Both the position numbers and the translations under genes were made by a program. 64,000 nt of DNA from NCBI GenBank assembly GCA_963755125.1, contig CAVWIP010000008.1, positions 32,001-96,000 of the forward strand, given 5' to 3'. Of the stretch, positions 50,166-62,492 are shown piece after piece. Every line of letters begins with the position of its first letter. The stretch's first letter is position 1. This stretch comes from an uncultured delta proteobacterium. GTDB lineage: Bacteria; Myxococcota_A; Polyangia; Fen-1088. The notes under the pieces are model-generated. The model was not told the origin of the DNA, did no database searches, and saw only the letters and a list, made by a program, of their open reading frames with translations.

Positions 50166-50759
50166 CTACCCGCCGCTGCCGCGCCTCAACTCGGTCAGCA
50201 CCGCCTTCGCGATGGCCTTGAGTGTCTCGAAGACACCGACGCCGGTGGTGGCGCGAGCCTCGAACTCGGGCACGTTGGTGGGGTTGATCGCCGCGTGCAA
50301 CTCCGCGACCGATGCGACGTTGGGCAGGTCCCGTTTGTTGTACTGGATGATGAACGGAAGCTTGTCCAGATCGTATCCCTGCTCGATCAGGTTCTGGCGC
50401 AGATTCTCCATGGACTCGATGTTCGCTTCCATGCGCTCGATCTGCGAGTCAGCCACGAACACCACGCCGTCGACACCCTTCAGGATCAGCTTGCGACTGG
50501 CGTCGTAGAAGACCTGGCCCGGCACGGTATACAGGTGAAAACGTGTCTTGAAGCCTCGAATCTCGCCCAGGGACAGGGGCAAGAAGTCGAAGAACAGCGT
50601 GCGCTCGGTCTCGGTCGCGAGCGAGATCATCTTGCCCTTCGCCTCGGGGCTGGTCTTGGCGTAGATGAACTGAAGATTGGTGGTCTTTCCACCAAGACCA
50701 GGGCCATAATACACCAGCTTGCAGTTGATCTCGCGGGATGAGTAGTTGATGAAGCTCAT
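50166..50759 (-). CDS. mglA: Ras-like motility/polarity GTPase MglA
   Basis: [51 protein letters not shown]. Confidence 0.97.
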   Translation of the reverse strand: MSFINYSSREINCKLVYYGPGLGGKTTNLQFIYAKTSPEAKGKMISLATETERTLFFDFLPLSLGEIRGFKTRFHLYTVPGQVFYDASRKLILKGVDGVVFVADSQIERMEANIESMENLRQNLIEQGYDLDKLPFIIQYNKRDLPNVASVAELHAAINPTNVPEFEARATTGVGVFETLKAIAKAVLTELRRGSGG

Positions 50760-50771
50760 CGGGGGAGACAG

Positions 50772-51251
50772 CTAGTCGTTGAAGAGCTTGTCGATGTCAG
50801 CGTCGGTGATCTCGTTCAGGATGGAGGGCCCGGTGCCCGCAGCAGCCTTCTTGGCCACCTGCTCAAACAGGCGCGCCATCTCCTCGGCTGCCTTCCTGAC
50901 GCGAAGGCGAACCAGGCCAAGCGAGGATCGCTCGTCGAACAAGACCACAAGGATGGCCCGGCCGGCCACCAGGGTGATGTGAACGTGGGTCTTCTCTCCC
51001 TCGTGAAACTGGCTGGTGAAATCCTTCTCGCGCAGGATCTTGGAGATGCCGCCGGTGGCCGCCACGTTGCCCGCGGTCAGCGACGAAAGCGAGGTCACGT
51101 CGATTTCGCCCACCTCGCCGGCCTCGGCAATCGGCTGCCCATCGCGGCCAATGAGCAGCACCGCCTTGGCATTGGCATCTCGGTGAAGGCGCTGACAGAC
51201 AGAGGAGATCTGTCGTTGCTCCTCGGGGAACATCACATCAGGTCCACTCAT
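50772..51251 (-). CDS. mglB: Roadblock/LC7 GAP MglB
   Basis: SLSSLTAGNVAATGG, SSLGLVRLRVRKA, ITDADIDKLF. Confidence 0.95.
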   Translation of the reverse strand: MSGPDVMFPEEQRQISSVCQRLHRDANAKAVLLIGRDGQPIAEAGEVGEIDVTSLSSLTAGNVAATGGISKILREKDFTSQFHEGEKTHVHITLVAGRAILVVLFDERSSLGLVRLRVRKAAEEMARLFEQVAKKAAAGTGPSILNEITDADIDKLFND

Positions 51252-51428
51252 CTGGCTGTCTAGGCTCCTTCGCGCCAGGGCAAGCTCGAAGCATCAGGTC
51301 TGGCAACCATTAGCATCGGCGCGCACTGGCTTTCAAGGTTGGGAATCGCTTGGGTTTTCTCCCACATCCAAGACCGGGATTGAAGGGGAGCTTACCAGGT
51401 ATCTGTGGCGGGCGACAGAGAACCCTGC

Positions 51429-52022
51429 CTACATCTCCCGCCGCCCTTCTATCGCGCGCGAAAGGGTCAGGCGGTCGGCATACTCCAACTCACCGCCCAC
51501 GGGCACGCCCATGGCGATACGGGTGCAGCGCACGCCCAGCGGCCGCAGCAATTTGGCCAGGTACACCGCGGTAGTCTCGCCTTCCACGCTTGGGTTGGTG
51601 GCGATGATCACCTCCTTGAGGTCGCTGCTGCAGCGCTTGACCAACTCCGCGACGCGCAGGTCGTCAGGCCCGATGCCGTCCAGAGGCGAAAGCACACCGT
51701 GCAGAACGTGGTAGCGCCCGTGGTAACCACCCGCGCGTTCGATGGCCAAGACGTCCTGGGGGTGCGCGACCACACACACCAGCGACGAATCGCGGCGTGC
51801 ATCGCAACAAGTGGGACAGGGATCCTCTTCGGTGAAATCCCAGCACACGCTGCAGAACCTGATCTTGCTGCGCATGTCACCGATGGCCGCGGCCAGCGCC
51901 GCAGCATCTTCCGGTGGCGCGCGCAGAATATGAAAGGCCAGGCGCGCGGCGGTCTTCTCGCCCACGCCTGGCAGCTTGCCCAGCTCGCACACCAGCCGCG
52001 CGATGGGACCTGCGCTACTCAT
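51429..52022 (-). CDS. recR: Recombination mediator RecR
   Basis: LPGVGEKTA, C4 zinc finger, YHVLHG, TOPRIM EGETTA. Confidence 0.96.
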   Translation of the reverse strand: MSSAGPIARLVCELGKLPGVGEKTAARLAFHILRAPPEDAAALAAAIGDMRSKIRFCSVCWDFTEEDPCPTCCDARRDSSLVCVVAHPQDVLAIERAGGYHGRYHVLHGVLSPLDGIGPDDLRVAELVKRCSSDLKEVIIATNPSVEGETTAVYLAKLLRPLGVRCTRIAMGVPVGGELEYADRLTLSRAIEGRREM

Positions 52023-52348
52023 TCACCCAGCCCCCCCGACGGCATGGCCAGCCCCCCAGCCACCCGCGCCAGGTCCTCCTGTGCCACCTGACGCGCCCGC
52101 TCCAGGGCCAGGTTCACCGCGCCCACCACCAGATCCTCGATCATCTTCTTGTCGTTTCCAGCCAGCAGCGACGGCTCGATGGTGATGGACAGCACTTCGC
52201 TGCGGCCGTTGACCACGCAGTGGACCAGGCCGCCGCCCGTCTCACCCTCGACCTGTTTGTCACCTAAGGCATCCTTGGCCTGGTTGAGCTGCTCCTGCAC
52301 GCGCTGCCAGGTTTCCATGAGGTTGCGCAGGTTGGGTCCGTCGGTCAT
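52019..52348 (-). CDS. ybaB: YbaB/EbfC nucleoid-associated protein
   Basis: GETGGGLV, IEDLVVGAVNLA; position between dnaX and recR. Confidence 0.93.
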   Translation of the reverse strand: MTDGPNLRNLMETWQRVQEQLNQAKDALGDKQVEGETGGGLVHCVVNGRSEVLSITIEPSLLAGNDKKMIEDLVVGAVNLALERARQVAQEDLARVAGGLAMPSGGLGE

Positions 52349-54003
52349 GGGGTCTTGATCTCCTTGGGCGCGACGCCGAACAGGTCCTGCGCCTTGCGAA
52401 TCATGGGATGCTCGCGCGCCTCGGTCTCGCGCTGGTGCTGGTCGATGTGCGCCGCCTCTGCTTCGCGGCCGACCTCGGAGCGCACCAGCGGCAGCACCTT
52501 TCCCGTCGCCATCTTCAGTTCGACCCGGGTGGCGGTGCCGGTGATCTGGGTGAGGGCGCGTTCCACTTCAGACTTGAACTTGCCGGTCTGGTCGAGGGCG
52601 AACTTCTGCGAGAACTGCAGGATGACCGCGCCGCCCTCCCAGCCGCAGACCTCGGCGTGGTCCAACGCGGCGGCCATGGCCGGCCGGTGGCCGAACGATT
52701 CGCGCACCCTACGCCACACTTCGGCGATGTCCGAATCGGGCGACAGCGCCGGAACCGACGTCGGCGCCGGCGGCACAGGCGGAGCCGACTGGCGCGTGGC
52801 GGCCCGTGGCCGCGAGTCAGGCGCCGCAGGCCGTGTTGGCAGCGCGCCAGCCCCTCCCAGCCGACCCTCCAGCTTCTCCAGGCGATCGAGCAAGTCGCCC
52901 AGTGGAAGCATGGGTTCGGCGTTACAGAGATCCACCAGCGCCATCTCCAGCAGCAGGCGCGGCGTTTGCGATCGCGCGGCGTCCTCCACCGCGCGAGCCC
53001 AGCGATCGAAGAGCGAAGTGGCCAAGCCCTTTCCGGCCTTGCCAGCCAACGCCTTGGTCTCGGCAGTTTCCTCCGCGGTCGCGTCGATCAGATCCTCGGC
53101 ATCGGGCACCGCAGTCAGGATCTCGAGATCGTGCAGAAAAGCGAGGAAGGCCCGCGCCATCTGCATGAGATCCACGCCACGGTCGACTGCATCGGCCAAG
53201 TACCGCAGGGTCTGCGCCACGTCGCGGGCCAGCACCTTGTCCGCCAGCTGGTAGAGCACGCGACGATCGGCCACGCCCAGCACCTCGGCCACTTTCTCGC
53301 GGGTCAGCGTCCCGTCACCCACGTAGGCCACCACCTGATCGAGCAGCGAAAGGCCGTCGCGCACCGAGCCCGCCGCCTCGCGCGCCACCAGTCGCACAGC
53401 CTCGGGCTCGCACGCAATCTTCTCGTTGGTCAGGATGCGCGTCAGGTGTTCGGCCAGCACCTTGCTGGGCAGCAACTTGAAGTCGTAGCGCTGGCAGCGC
53501 GACATGATGGTGGCGGGGATCTTGTGCACCTCGGTGGTCGCGAAGATGAACACCACATGCTCGGGCGGCTCCTCCAGGGTCTTAAGCAGCGCATTGAACG
53601 CGCTCACTGACAGCATGTGGACCTCGTCGATGATGTAGACCTTCTTGCGCGCCTCGGCCGGCAGGTAGCGCACGCCTTCGCGCAGCGTGCGCACATCGTC
53701 CACGCCGGTATTGGACGCGCCGTCGATCTCTTGCACATCCACGGACTGCCCGCTCGAGATGGACTGGCAGATGGAGCAGGTCCCACAGGGCGTTGCCGTC
53801 GGCCCCTGCGCGCAGCACAGCGCCCTGGCCAGAATGCGCGCAGCGCTGGTCTTGCCGATGCCGCGAGCGCCGGTGAACAGAAAGGCGTGGTGCACGCGGC
53901 CCATGTTGATGGCGTTGGTCAGCGTACGCGCCACATGCTCCTGCCCAAGAAGATCCTCGAACTTCTGCGGCCGGTACTTGCGCGCGAGAACCAGGTAAGA
54001 CAT
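52345..54003 (-). CDS. dnaX: DNA polymerase III subunit gamma/tau
   Basis: MSYLVLARKYRP, GARGIGKTS, IIDEVHML, LKTLEEPP, SRC. Confidence 0.96.
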   Translation of the reverse strand: MSYLVLARKYRPQKFEDLLGQEHVARTLTNAINMGRVHHAFLFTGARGIGKTSAARILARALCCAQGPTATPCGTCSICQSISSGQSVDVQEIDGASNTGVDDVRTLREGVRYLPAEARKKVYIIDEVHMLSVSAFNALLKTLEEPPEHVVFIFATTEVHKIPATIMSRCQRYDFKLLPSKVLAEHLTRILTNEKIACEPEAVRLVAREAAGSVRDGLSLLDQVVAYVGDGTLTREKVAEVLGVADRRVLYQLADKVLARDVAQTLRYLADAVDRGVDLMQMARAFLAFLHDLEILTAVPDAEDLIDATAEETAETKALAGKAGKGLATSLFDRWARAVEDAARSQTPRLLLEMALVDLCNAEPMLPLGDLLDRLEKLEGRLGGAGALPTRPAAPDSRPRAATRQSAPPVPPAPTSVPALSPDSDIAEVWRRVRESFGHRPAMAAALDHAEVCGWEGGAVILQFSQKFALDQTGKFKSEVERALTQITGTATRVELKMATGKVLPLVRSEVGREAEAAHIDQHQRETEAREHPMIRKAQDLFGVAPKEIKTP

Positions 54004-54073
54004 GCATGCATATTCTGGACACAACCGGCGACAGTCAACAGGCGAACATTGACCCGGCAGCTCGAACCTCCGT

Positions 54074-54102
54074 TTGACGCGAATAAGCCCAAGGTCTACG
54101 CT
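54074..54102 (+). promoter_or_regulatory. Putative sigma-70 promoter of the kinase operon
   Basis: TTGACG-N17-TACGCT. Confidence 0.55.
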
Positions 54103-54223
54103 GGGTGTTTACCTCCTCTCCCGTCGCAGAATTGCGTAGAACAAGAGTTGACGCACGTGACTACACGGAAACCTCATCTGGCGAGCGCGGGCACATTCCC
54201 GTGGTGCCGTTCGCAGGAGAAGA

Positions 54224-55636
54224 TTGGCCGTGCCGGCTGAGACTCACATGGATACGCTGGTGGGCACCGTACTGGAGGGCGCGTATCGCATCACGCGCCT
54301 CATCGGCCAGGGTGGCATGGGCGCGGTGTACGAGGCCGTGCAGCTTCGCCTCAACAAGCGCGTGGCCATCAAGCTGATGGCACGCGACCTGGCCGCCAAC
54401 CACCAGGCCCTGGCGCGCTTTCACCGCGAGGCCGAAATCACCTCACACCTCGGACACCCCCATCTGGTGACCGTCGTGGATTTCGGCCAGGCCGAATCCG
54501 GCGAACCCTATCTGGTCATGGAGTATCTCGAAGGGGAGGATCTCGACCACCACCTGCGCCGCGTGGGTCACATGCCCATCGAGGCAGTAGCCCCCGTGGT
54601 CAGGCAAGTCGCCTCGGCGTTGAGCGCCGCCCACGACCAAGGCATCGTCCACCGCGATCTCAAACCCGGGAACATTTTCCTGGTGCAGATCCCGGGCGAG
54701 CCCGATTTCGTCAAGGTGCTCGACTTCGGCGTCTCAAAAATGATGGCGGCGCGCACGCGGCTGACCAACGTGAGGTCAACCCTGGGGACGCCGATCTACA
54801 TGTCGCCCGAACAGGCCGCTGGCATGGTCGAAGAGATCGACCACCGCGTCGACCAGTGGGCGCTGGCCTGCATCGCCTGGGAAATGCTGCTGGGTCGCCC
54901 TCCCTTCGTGGCCGACGACGTGACCGCGCTTCTCTTCCAGATCGTCAAGATGGACCCGCAACCGCTGACCCCGCGCGTGCCGGGCCTGCCGCCGGCCGTG
55001 GAGACAGAGTTGCGGCGCGCACTGAACAAGCGACCGGCGGATCGGTTTCCGACAATTCGAGCGTTTTCCCGCGCCTTCGCGACCGCCGCGTTCGGCCAGC
55101 CACCCGACGTGACGCCGGCGCCGGTGCTGTTGTCGTCCATTTCGCCGGCTGTCGCGAAGATCGGGCCGAGCGAGGCGCTCGTTGCAAACACACCCGACAC
55201 TCCTCTCGCTGCCGGAACCCCGCCGGATAAGAGCACGCCCCAAGCCGCATCGCCGCCGGTCGGCTCCGCCACGGTCGAGGTGCGACGACGGAGAAGAATC
55301 AAGCCGGTTCATGCCATGGTCGCGGCGGCTGTCGCGCTCCTGCTGCTCGGGGCATTTGTGCTCGTTCGTTGGAACGCGCTTCCCAAACCGGCGAGCACGA
55401 AGAACCCGGTCAGCGCGCCGACGATCATGGCGCCACTGCCACCGCCGCCGGCGCCTCCGGCGGCCAAGCCGGAACCCTCGCCAGTCCAACCAGCTTCGGT
55501 CGAGCCCGAGTCCCCGCCCAAGAAGCCCGGCAAGCCCGCCAAGACCGCATCCCCCGCCGGCCGAGAGAGAGCCAAGCGGCCCACCACGCCATCCCCACTG
55601 TCCAAGCCCAAACGGCAATTGATCAAGGACCTGTGA
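54224..55636 (+). CDS. Membrane Hanks-type Ser/Thr protein kinase
   Basis: [29 protein letters not shown]; one TM helix, Pro-rich tail; start may be ATG 54248. Confidence 0.93.
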   Translation: MAVPAETHMDTLVGTVLEGAYRITRLIGQGGMGAVYEAVQLRLNKRVAIKLMARDLAANHQALARFHREAEITSHLGHPHLVTVVDFGQAESGEPYLVMEYLEGEDLDHHLRRVGHMPIEAVAPVVRQVASALSAAHDQGIVHRDLKPGNIFLVQIPGEPDFVKVLDFGVSKMMAARTRLTNVRSTLGTPIYMSPEQAAGMVEEIDHRVDQWALACIAWEMLLGRPPFVADDVTALLFQIVKMDPQPLTPRVPGLPPAVETELRRALNKRPADRFPTIRAFSRAFATAAFGQPPDVTPAPVLLSSISPAVAKIGPSEALVANTPDTPLAAGTPPDKSTPQAASPPVGSATVEVRRRRRIKPVHAMVAAAVALLLLGAFVLVRWNALPKPASTKNPVSAPTIMAPLPPPPAPPAAKPEPSPVQPASVEPESPPKKPGKPAKTASPAGRERAKRPTTPSPLSKPKRQLIKDL

Positions 55637-55729
55637 GCCCGTGACGGACTCCAAGCGCGCGTTTCATAGCTAAAGACGCCGCGCATTGCTGTCGAGATAT
55701 AATTCGTTCCCGCTGGGGGATGCTGCATC

Positions 55730-56755
55730 ATGTGCACGAGTGCCCTTGTTCTCCTCTCGCTTCTCGCTCAGCTCTCGCCGCCCGTCGCCGATCCGCAGGC
55801 CAAGGCCCGGGCGCAGATCCTGCTGACCGAGGGCTCGGCACTTTACGAGAAGGGCGACTACGCGGGTGCGCTGGAGAAGTTCAATGCTGCCTACGCCGCC
55901 TATCCATCGCCCAAGTTGATGTTCAACATCGGCCAGGCTGATCGCGATCTCAGCCGGCCCGTCGAAGCCTTGGAAGCCTTTGAGAAGTTTCTGGCCAGTA
56001 ACACCGGCGCCGCGTCCGAGACGATCGCTGATGCGCGCAAGTCCGTGGCTGAGTTGCGGGACAAGCTGGGACGGATCCGTATCGATTGCGAGACGCTGGG
56101 CGCGGAGGTGAACGTCGACGGCAAGAGCGTAGGCCTCACACCGTTGCCCGATCTCGTCTGGGCGACGCCAGGCCGGCACCAGATCACGGCCAGCCACGAG
56201 AACACGATCCCGGCACTGGAAAATGTCGACGTGACAGCCTCTTCGGTGGGGACGGTGACCCTGCGGCTGCGGCCGTTGGCGATTCCCGTGGCCGCCGAGC
56301 CGGCACCGGAGCCCATGGCGGTCCCGCCTCCATCTCCCGCGAACCCCGACCGGGGAACCAGCCCTGCGCCAGTCCCCGCGAACATCGACTTGGCGTCCAG
56401 CCCCGCGCAAGACGGCGCCGGCAAGGGTTGGTGGCTGGGCCGGAAATGGACCTGGGTCGCCGCCGGTTCTACCGTGCTGTTGGCAGCGGGCGCCATCGCT
56501 GCTGGCCTGGCGATGCAGTCCAGATTCGACAGTTTGGACAAGTCGTGCGGCGACGGCAACCAAAGCCGTCCCGGCTGCACCGACGGTGACATCAGCTCGG
56601 TTCGTTCGCGCGAGATCACGGCCAACGTGTTCTGGGGTCTGGCCGGCGCCGCCGCCGTGACCACCGGTGTGCTGTTCTATTTCGAGGGCCGACCGGTGAG
56701 CGTCTCGCCAGTCGCTGGGGCCACTACAGGCTTCGTCGCGGCGGTGAGGTACTAA
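55730..56755 (+). CDS. TPR + PEGA domain protein
   Basis: GSALYEKGDY...FNIGQA TPR; GAEVNVDGKSVGLTPL...PGRHQI PEGA; C-terminal hydrophobic segments. Confidence 0.85.
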   Translation: MCTSALVLLSLLAQLSPPVADPQAKARAQILLTEGSALYEKGDYAGALEKFNAAYAAYPSPKLMFNIGQADRDLSRPVEALEAFEKFLASNTGAASETIADARKSVAELRDKLGRIRIDCETLGAEVNVDGKSVGLTPLPDLVWATPGRHQITASHENTIPALENVDVTASSVGTVTLRLRPLAIPVAAEPAPEPMAVPPPSPANPDRGTSPAPVPANIDLASSPAQDGAGKGWWLGRKWTWVAAGSTVLLAAGAIAAGLAMQSRFDSLDKSCGDGNQSRPGCTDGDISSVRSREITANVFWGLAGAAAVTTGVLFYFEGRPVSVSPVAGATTGFVAAVRY

Positions 56756-56757
56756 CC

Positions 56758-58701
56758 TTGAAAGCGACCTTTCACCTGCCCGCACGCCTCGAAGTCCTCG
56801 GCCCCTGTCTGATCGCCGCGCTGGCCGCGGCGTGTACCTTCGACGCCAGCAGACTGCGCCACTTCCATGACGGTGCTGCTGCGACAACCGACATCAGCGC
56901 CCCTGAGACCATCAGCGACACCGATGTTCCCGCCGCCATGGACGGCAGCGAGACGCCTGCAGAAACAGGTGGTGTCGGTGGAAACGACGGCCCGACTGGA
57001 ACCGGAGGAGCAGGCGCCCCCGACGGACCCATCTCGACGGGCGGTGCCGGGGGCATTGGCGGCGCTGGCGGAACCGGGGGTTCGATGATTCTTGACGCTG
57101 CGGTGGACGCTCCGGGCACCACCACGGACGGCAGCGATACGCCCGTGACAACAGGTGGCGTTGGCGGAAACGACGCCCCGATTGATACCGGAGAAGCCAC
57201 CGACGGACCCATCTCGACCGGCGGAGCCGGGGGCGCTGGTGGCTCCGGCGGGACTGGTGGATGGATGGCGCCTGACGCTACCGTGGAGGCTCTGGGCACC
57301 GCGGCTGAAGTTACTGCAGACGCCCCAGACGCGAGCTGTGGCGCTTCCAGCCAGACTTGCTGCGCGGGAAGTACTTGCGCAGGAGGACGCTGCTGCGTGA
57401 CCAGCACCTGCGTGGCCAACGGCGCTGCGTGTTCGGATGGGAGTGTCTGCATCTCGGGCTCCTGTTTTTCGTCTGCGAGTCTCGTGGCGTCACTCTCGGG
57501 GTCCGCGTTCGGCTCGGTCCTTGTCGGTCAGTCGAGCAACGTTGCGGCCTTCAGCATCACAAATAATGGCCAGCAATCCAGCGGGCCGATCATCGTGACG
57601 TCAAATAGCACCGCCTTTGTGGTCCAGAGCGGGAGTGCCGGCGATTGCGTATCCGGCGCTACTGTCCTAGTCGCGGGCGCGTCGTGCACGGTACGCGTTG
57701 TCTTCGCGCCCAAGACGGCGGGGCCAGCTTCGGCCCAAGTTGCCTTCTCGGCCACGCCGGGCGGCGGCTCGTCTGTCGCCGTGTCCGGCACCGGCACCTG
57801 CCCCACGGACCAACTGGGCGACACGACAGGAACCTGCGTTGCGATGGCCGGGGTCACGTGGACGCAGCGAGGAACGTCGCAAGGTTGGTATTCGGTAGCC
57901 TCGTCATCGGATGGCACAAAGGCGGTGGCGGTAGTCTATGGCGGCAACATCTACACATCAGCGAACAGCGGGGTGACGTGGACGCCGCAGGCCACGGCGC
58001 GGAACTGGATTTCCGTGGCGTCATCGTCGGATGGGACGAAACTGGTGGCCGCGGTCGCCAATGGCAACATCTACACGTCGGCGGACTCCGGGGTGACCTG
58101 GACGCCACAGGCCACGGTGCAGAATTGGTATACGGTAGCGTCCTCGGCGGACGGAACCATGCTGGTGGCCGCGGTCAAGAGCAACTACATCTACACGTCG
58201 ACGGACTCCGGGGCAACGTGGACCCTGCAGGGTGCGGCGCGGGGCTGGACGTCCGTGGCGTCGTCGTCGGACGGGACCATGCTGGTGGCCGGCACCTGGG
58301 GTGGCAACATCTACACGTCGGTGAACTCCGGGGTGACCTGGACGCCACAGGGTGCTGCGCGGAACTGGAACTCCGTGGCGTCATCTGCCGACGGGACGAT
58401 GCTGGTGGCCGTGGACGGTACCCCTGGCCTCATCTACACGTCTTCGAACTCAGGGTTGACGTGGACGCCGCAGGGAACGTCGCAAACGTGGAGAGCCGTG
58501 ACATCATCGGCGAACGGGAAGGACATCGTGGCAGCGGTCGCAGGTGGCAACATCTACACTTCGACGGACTTTGGCGTGACATGGAAGTCACGGGATTCGG
58601 CGCGGAACTGGATCTCCGTGGCATCGTCGGCGGACGGGACGAAACTGATCGCGGTGGTCAACAACGGGTACGTCTACACGTCGAGCGGTCCAGTGCCGTG
58701 A
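56758..58701 (+). CDS. Lipoprotein: Gly-rich linker, Cys-rich module, Ig-like (choice-of-anchor D) domain and BNR/Asp-box beta-propeller
   Basis: Lipobox AAAC; FGSVLVG...ITNNG...[10 protein letters not shown]; seven WxSVASSxDGT...IYTSxDSGxTW repeats. Confidence 0.82.
   Translation: MKATFHLPARLEVLGPCLIAALAAACTFDASRLRHFHDGAAATTDISAPETISDTDVPAAMDGSETPAETGGVGGNDGPTGTGGAGAPDGPISTGGAGGIGGAGGTGGSMILDAAVDAPGTTTDGSDTPVTTGGVGGNDAPIDTGEATDGPISTGGAGGAGGSGGTGGWMAPDATVEALGTAAEVTADAPDASCGASSQTCCAGSTCAGGRCCVTSTCVANGAACSDGSVCISGSCFSSASLVASLSGSAFGSVLVGQSSNVAAFSITNNGQQSSGPIIVTSNSTAFVVQSGSAGDCVSGATVLVAGASCTVRVVFAPKTAGPASAQVAFSATPGGGSSVAVSGTGTCPTDQLGDTTGTCVAMAGVTWTQRGTSQGWYSVASSSDGTKAVAVVYGGNIYTSANSGVTWTPQATARNWISVASSSDGTKLVAAVANGNIYTSADSGVTWTPQATVQNWYTVASSADGTMLVAAVKSNYIYTSTDSGATWTLQGAARGWTSVASSSDGTMLVAGTWGGNIYTSVNSGVTWTPQGAARNWNSVASSADGTMLVAVDGTPGLIYTSSNSGLTWTPQGTSQTWRAVTSSANGKDIVAAVAGGNIYTSTDFGVTWKSRDSARNWISVASSADGTKLIAVVNNGYVYTSSGPVP
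57850..58686 (+). repeat. Seven coding repeats of about 120 bp (40 aa beta-propeller blades)
   Basis: GGGGTSACSTGGAC-like starts at about 57850, 57970, 58090, 58210, 58330, 58453, 58573. Confidence 0.85.
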
Positions 58702-58855
58702 TCGGGGCACCACGCCCGCAAACCAGACTCCGACCACCGCCGCCATCAACGCGGCCGCTGCCTATTTGGGCGCGGTGAATGATGGCCCACCCCACTACCT
58801 GGATTCCCTTGTCCCGCGGAGCGGCGTGCCTATTCTGTGGTCAGGGAACCAACCC

Positions 58856-61454
<2,599 letters not shown>

Positions 61455-61462
61455 TGGCAACG

Positions 61463-62386
61463 ATGAAGGACCTCTACAAAATCCTGGGCGTTTCCGAAGA
61501 CGCGAGCGAGGACGCGATCAAGAAGGCGTACCGCAAGCTGGCCAAGGAGAATCACCCGGACGCCACCGGCGGGGACAAGAAGAAGACCGAACGCTTCAAG
61601 GAGGTCAACGAAGCCTACACGGTTCTCTCCGACCAGCAGAAGCGACGCGAGTACGACCGTCTGCGGGCGGCGCCGGTGGGCGCGGACGGCATGCCCGAGG
61701 GTTTCGACCCGGACGCCTTCGCGCAGGTCTTCGGTGGGGGCAGCGGCGGCGCACAGATGGGCGGCTTCGGCGATCTGGGCGACATGTTTGCCAACCTGTT
61801 CGGAAACGCGGGGCAGTTCACGCGCGGTCGCGGCCGCAGCCGTGCCCAGGCACGGGGCGCGGACATGGTGGGCAACCTGCAGGTCACGTTCAAGGACGCT
61901 GCCCTCGGTGCGCGCCAGACGCTTCGCTCGGGAAGCGGGAAATCCGTGGACGTCAACATCCCCGCCGGCGTCGAGACCGGGGCTCGCCTGCGCGTGCCGG
62001 GACAGGGCGCGCTCGCACCCCGGTCAGGCCAGCCCGGAGATCTCTACCTGGACATCGTCGTGCAACCGGACGCCCACCTGCGCCGTAGCGGGGATGACGT
62101 CGAGCTGGCGCTGCCGCTCACGCTGGGTGAGGCCGTGCTTGGCACGCAGATCGATGTTCCGACTCTCGATGGGACGGTCAGACTGACCATACCACCCGGG
62201 ACCTCAAGCGGCGCCAAACTGCGCCTGCGCGGGAAGGGAATCAAGCGGCCCGAGGGTGGCCGTGGCGACCAGCTCTGCCGTGTCGAGATCATCGTCCCGC
62301 GTCTCAAACCCGATGACGTCGAGTCCCGTCGCCTGGCCGAGGAGTTGGAAAGTCGGACTCGGCCCTCGAAGATACGGACATTCTGA
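61463..62386 (+). CDS. Class B J-domain protein (DnaJ/CbpA-like, no zinc finger)
   Basis: MKDLYKILGV, HPD, G/F region, GDLYL, GDQLC. Confidence 0.92.
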   Translation: MKDLYKILGVSEDASEDAIKKAYRKLAKENHPDATGGDKKKTERFKEVNEAYTVLSDQQKRREYDRLRAAPVGADGMPEGFDPDAFAQVFGGGSGGAQMGGFGDLGDMFANLFGNAGQFTRGRGRSRAQARGADMVGNLQVTFKDAALGARQTLRSGSGKSVDVNIPAGVETGARLRVPGQGALAPRSGQPGDLYLDIVVQPDAHLRRSGDDVELALPLTLGEAVLGTQIDVPTLDGTVRLTIPPGTSSGAKLRLRGKGIKRPEGGRGDQLCRVEIIVPRLKPDDVESRRLAEELESRTRPSKIRTF

Positions 62387-62492
62387 TGCAAGCTGACATC
62401 GACAGGGTCGACACGGCTGGCCGCAGCGACGATTTTTCGGCGCCTGCGTACTTGCGGTTCCGGCTCTGCCGGCCTAGTTTTGGAGCAATAAG

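Noticed and set aside
52345..54003. E. coli-type gamma/tau frameshift signal in dnaX
   Set aside because: No A AAA AAG heptamer or long A-run seen.
54100..54223. Riboswitch or sRNA in the kinase leader
   Set aside because: Only short hairpins; no recognisable conserved RNA family motif.
58700..58855. CIRCE/HAIR heat-shock operators upstream of clpB
   Set aside because: No match; only a weak sigma-32-like CTTGTC...CCTATT, insufficient to call.
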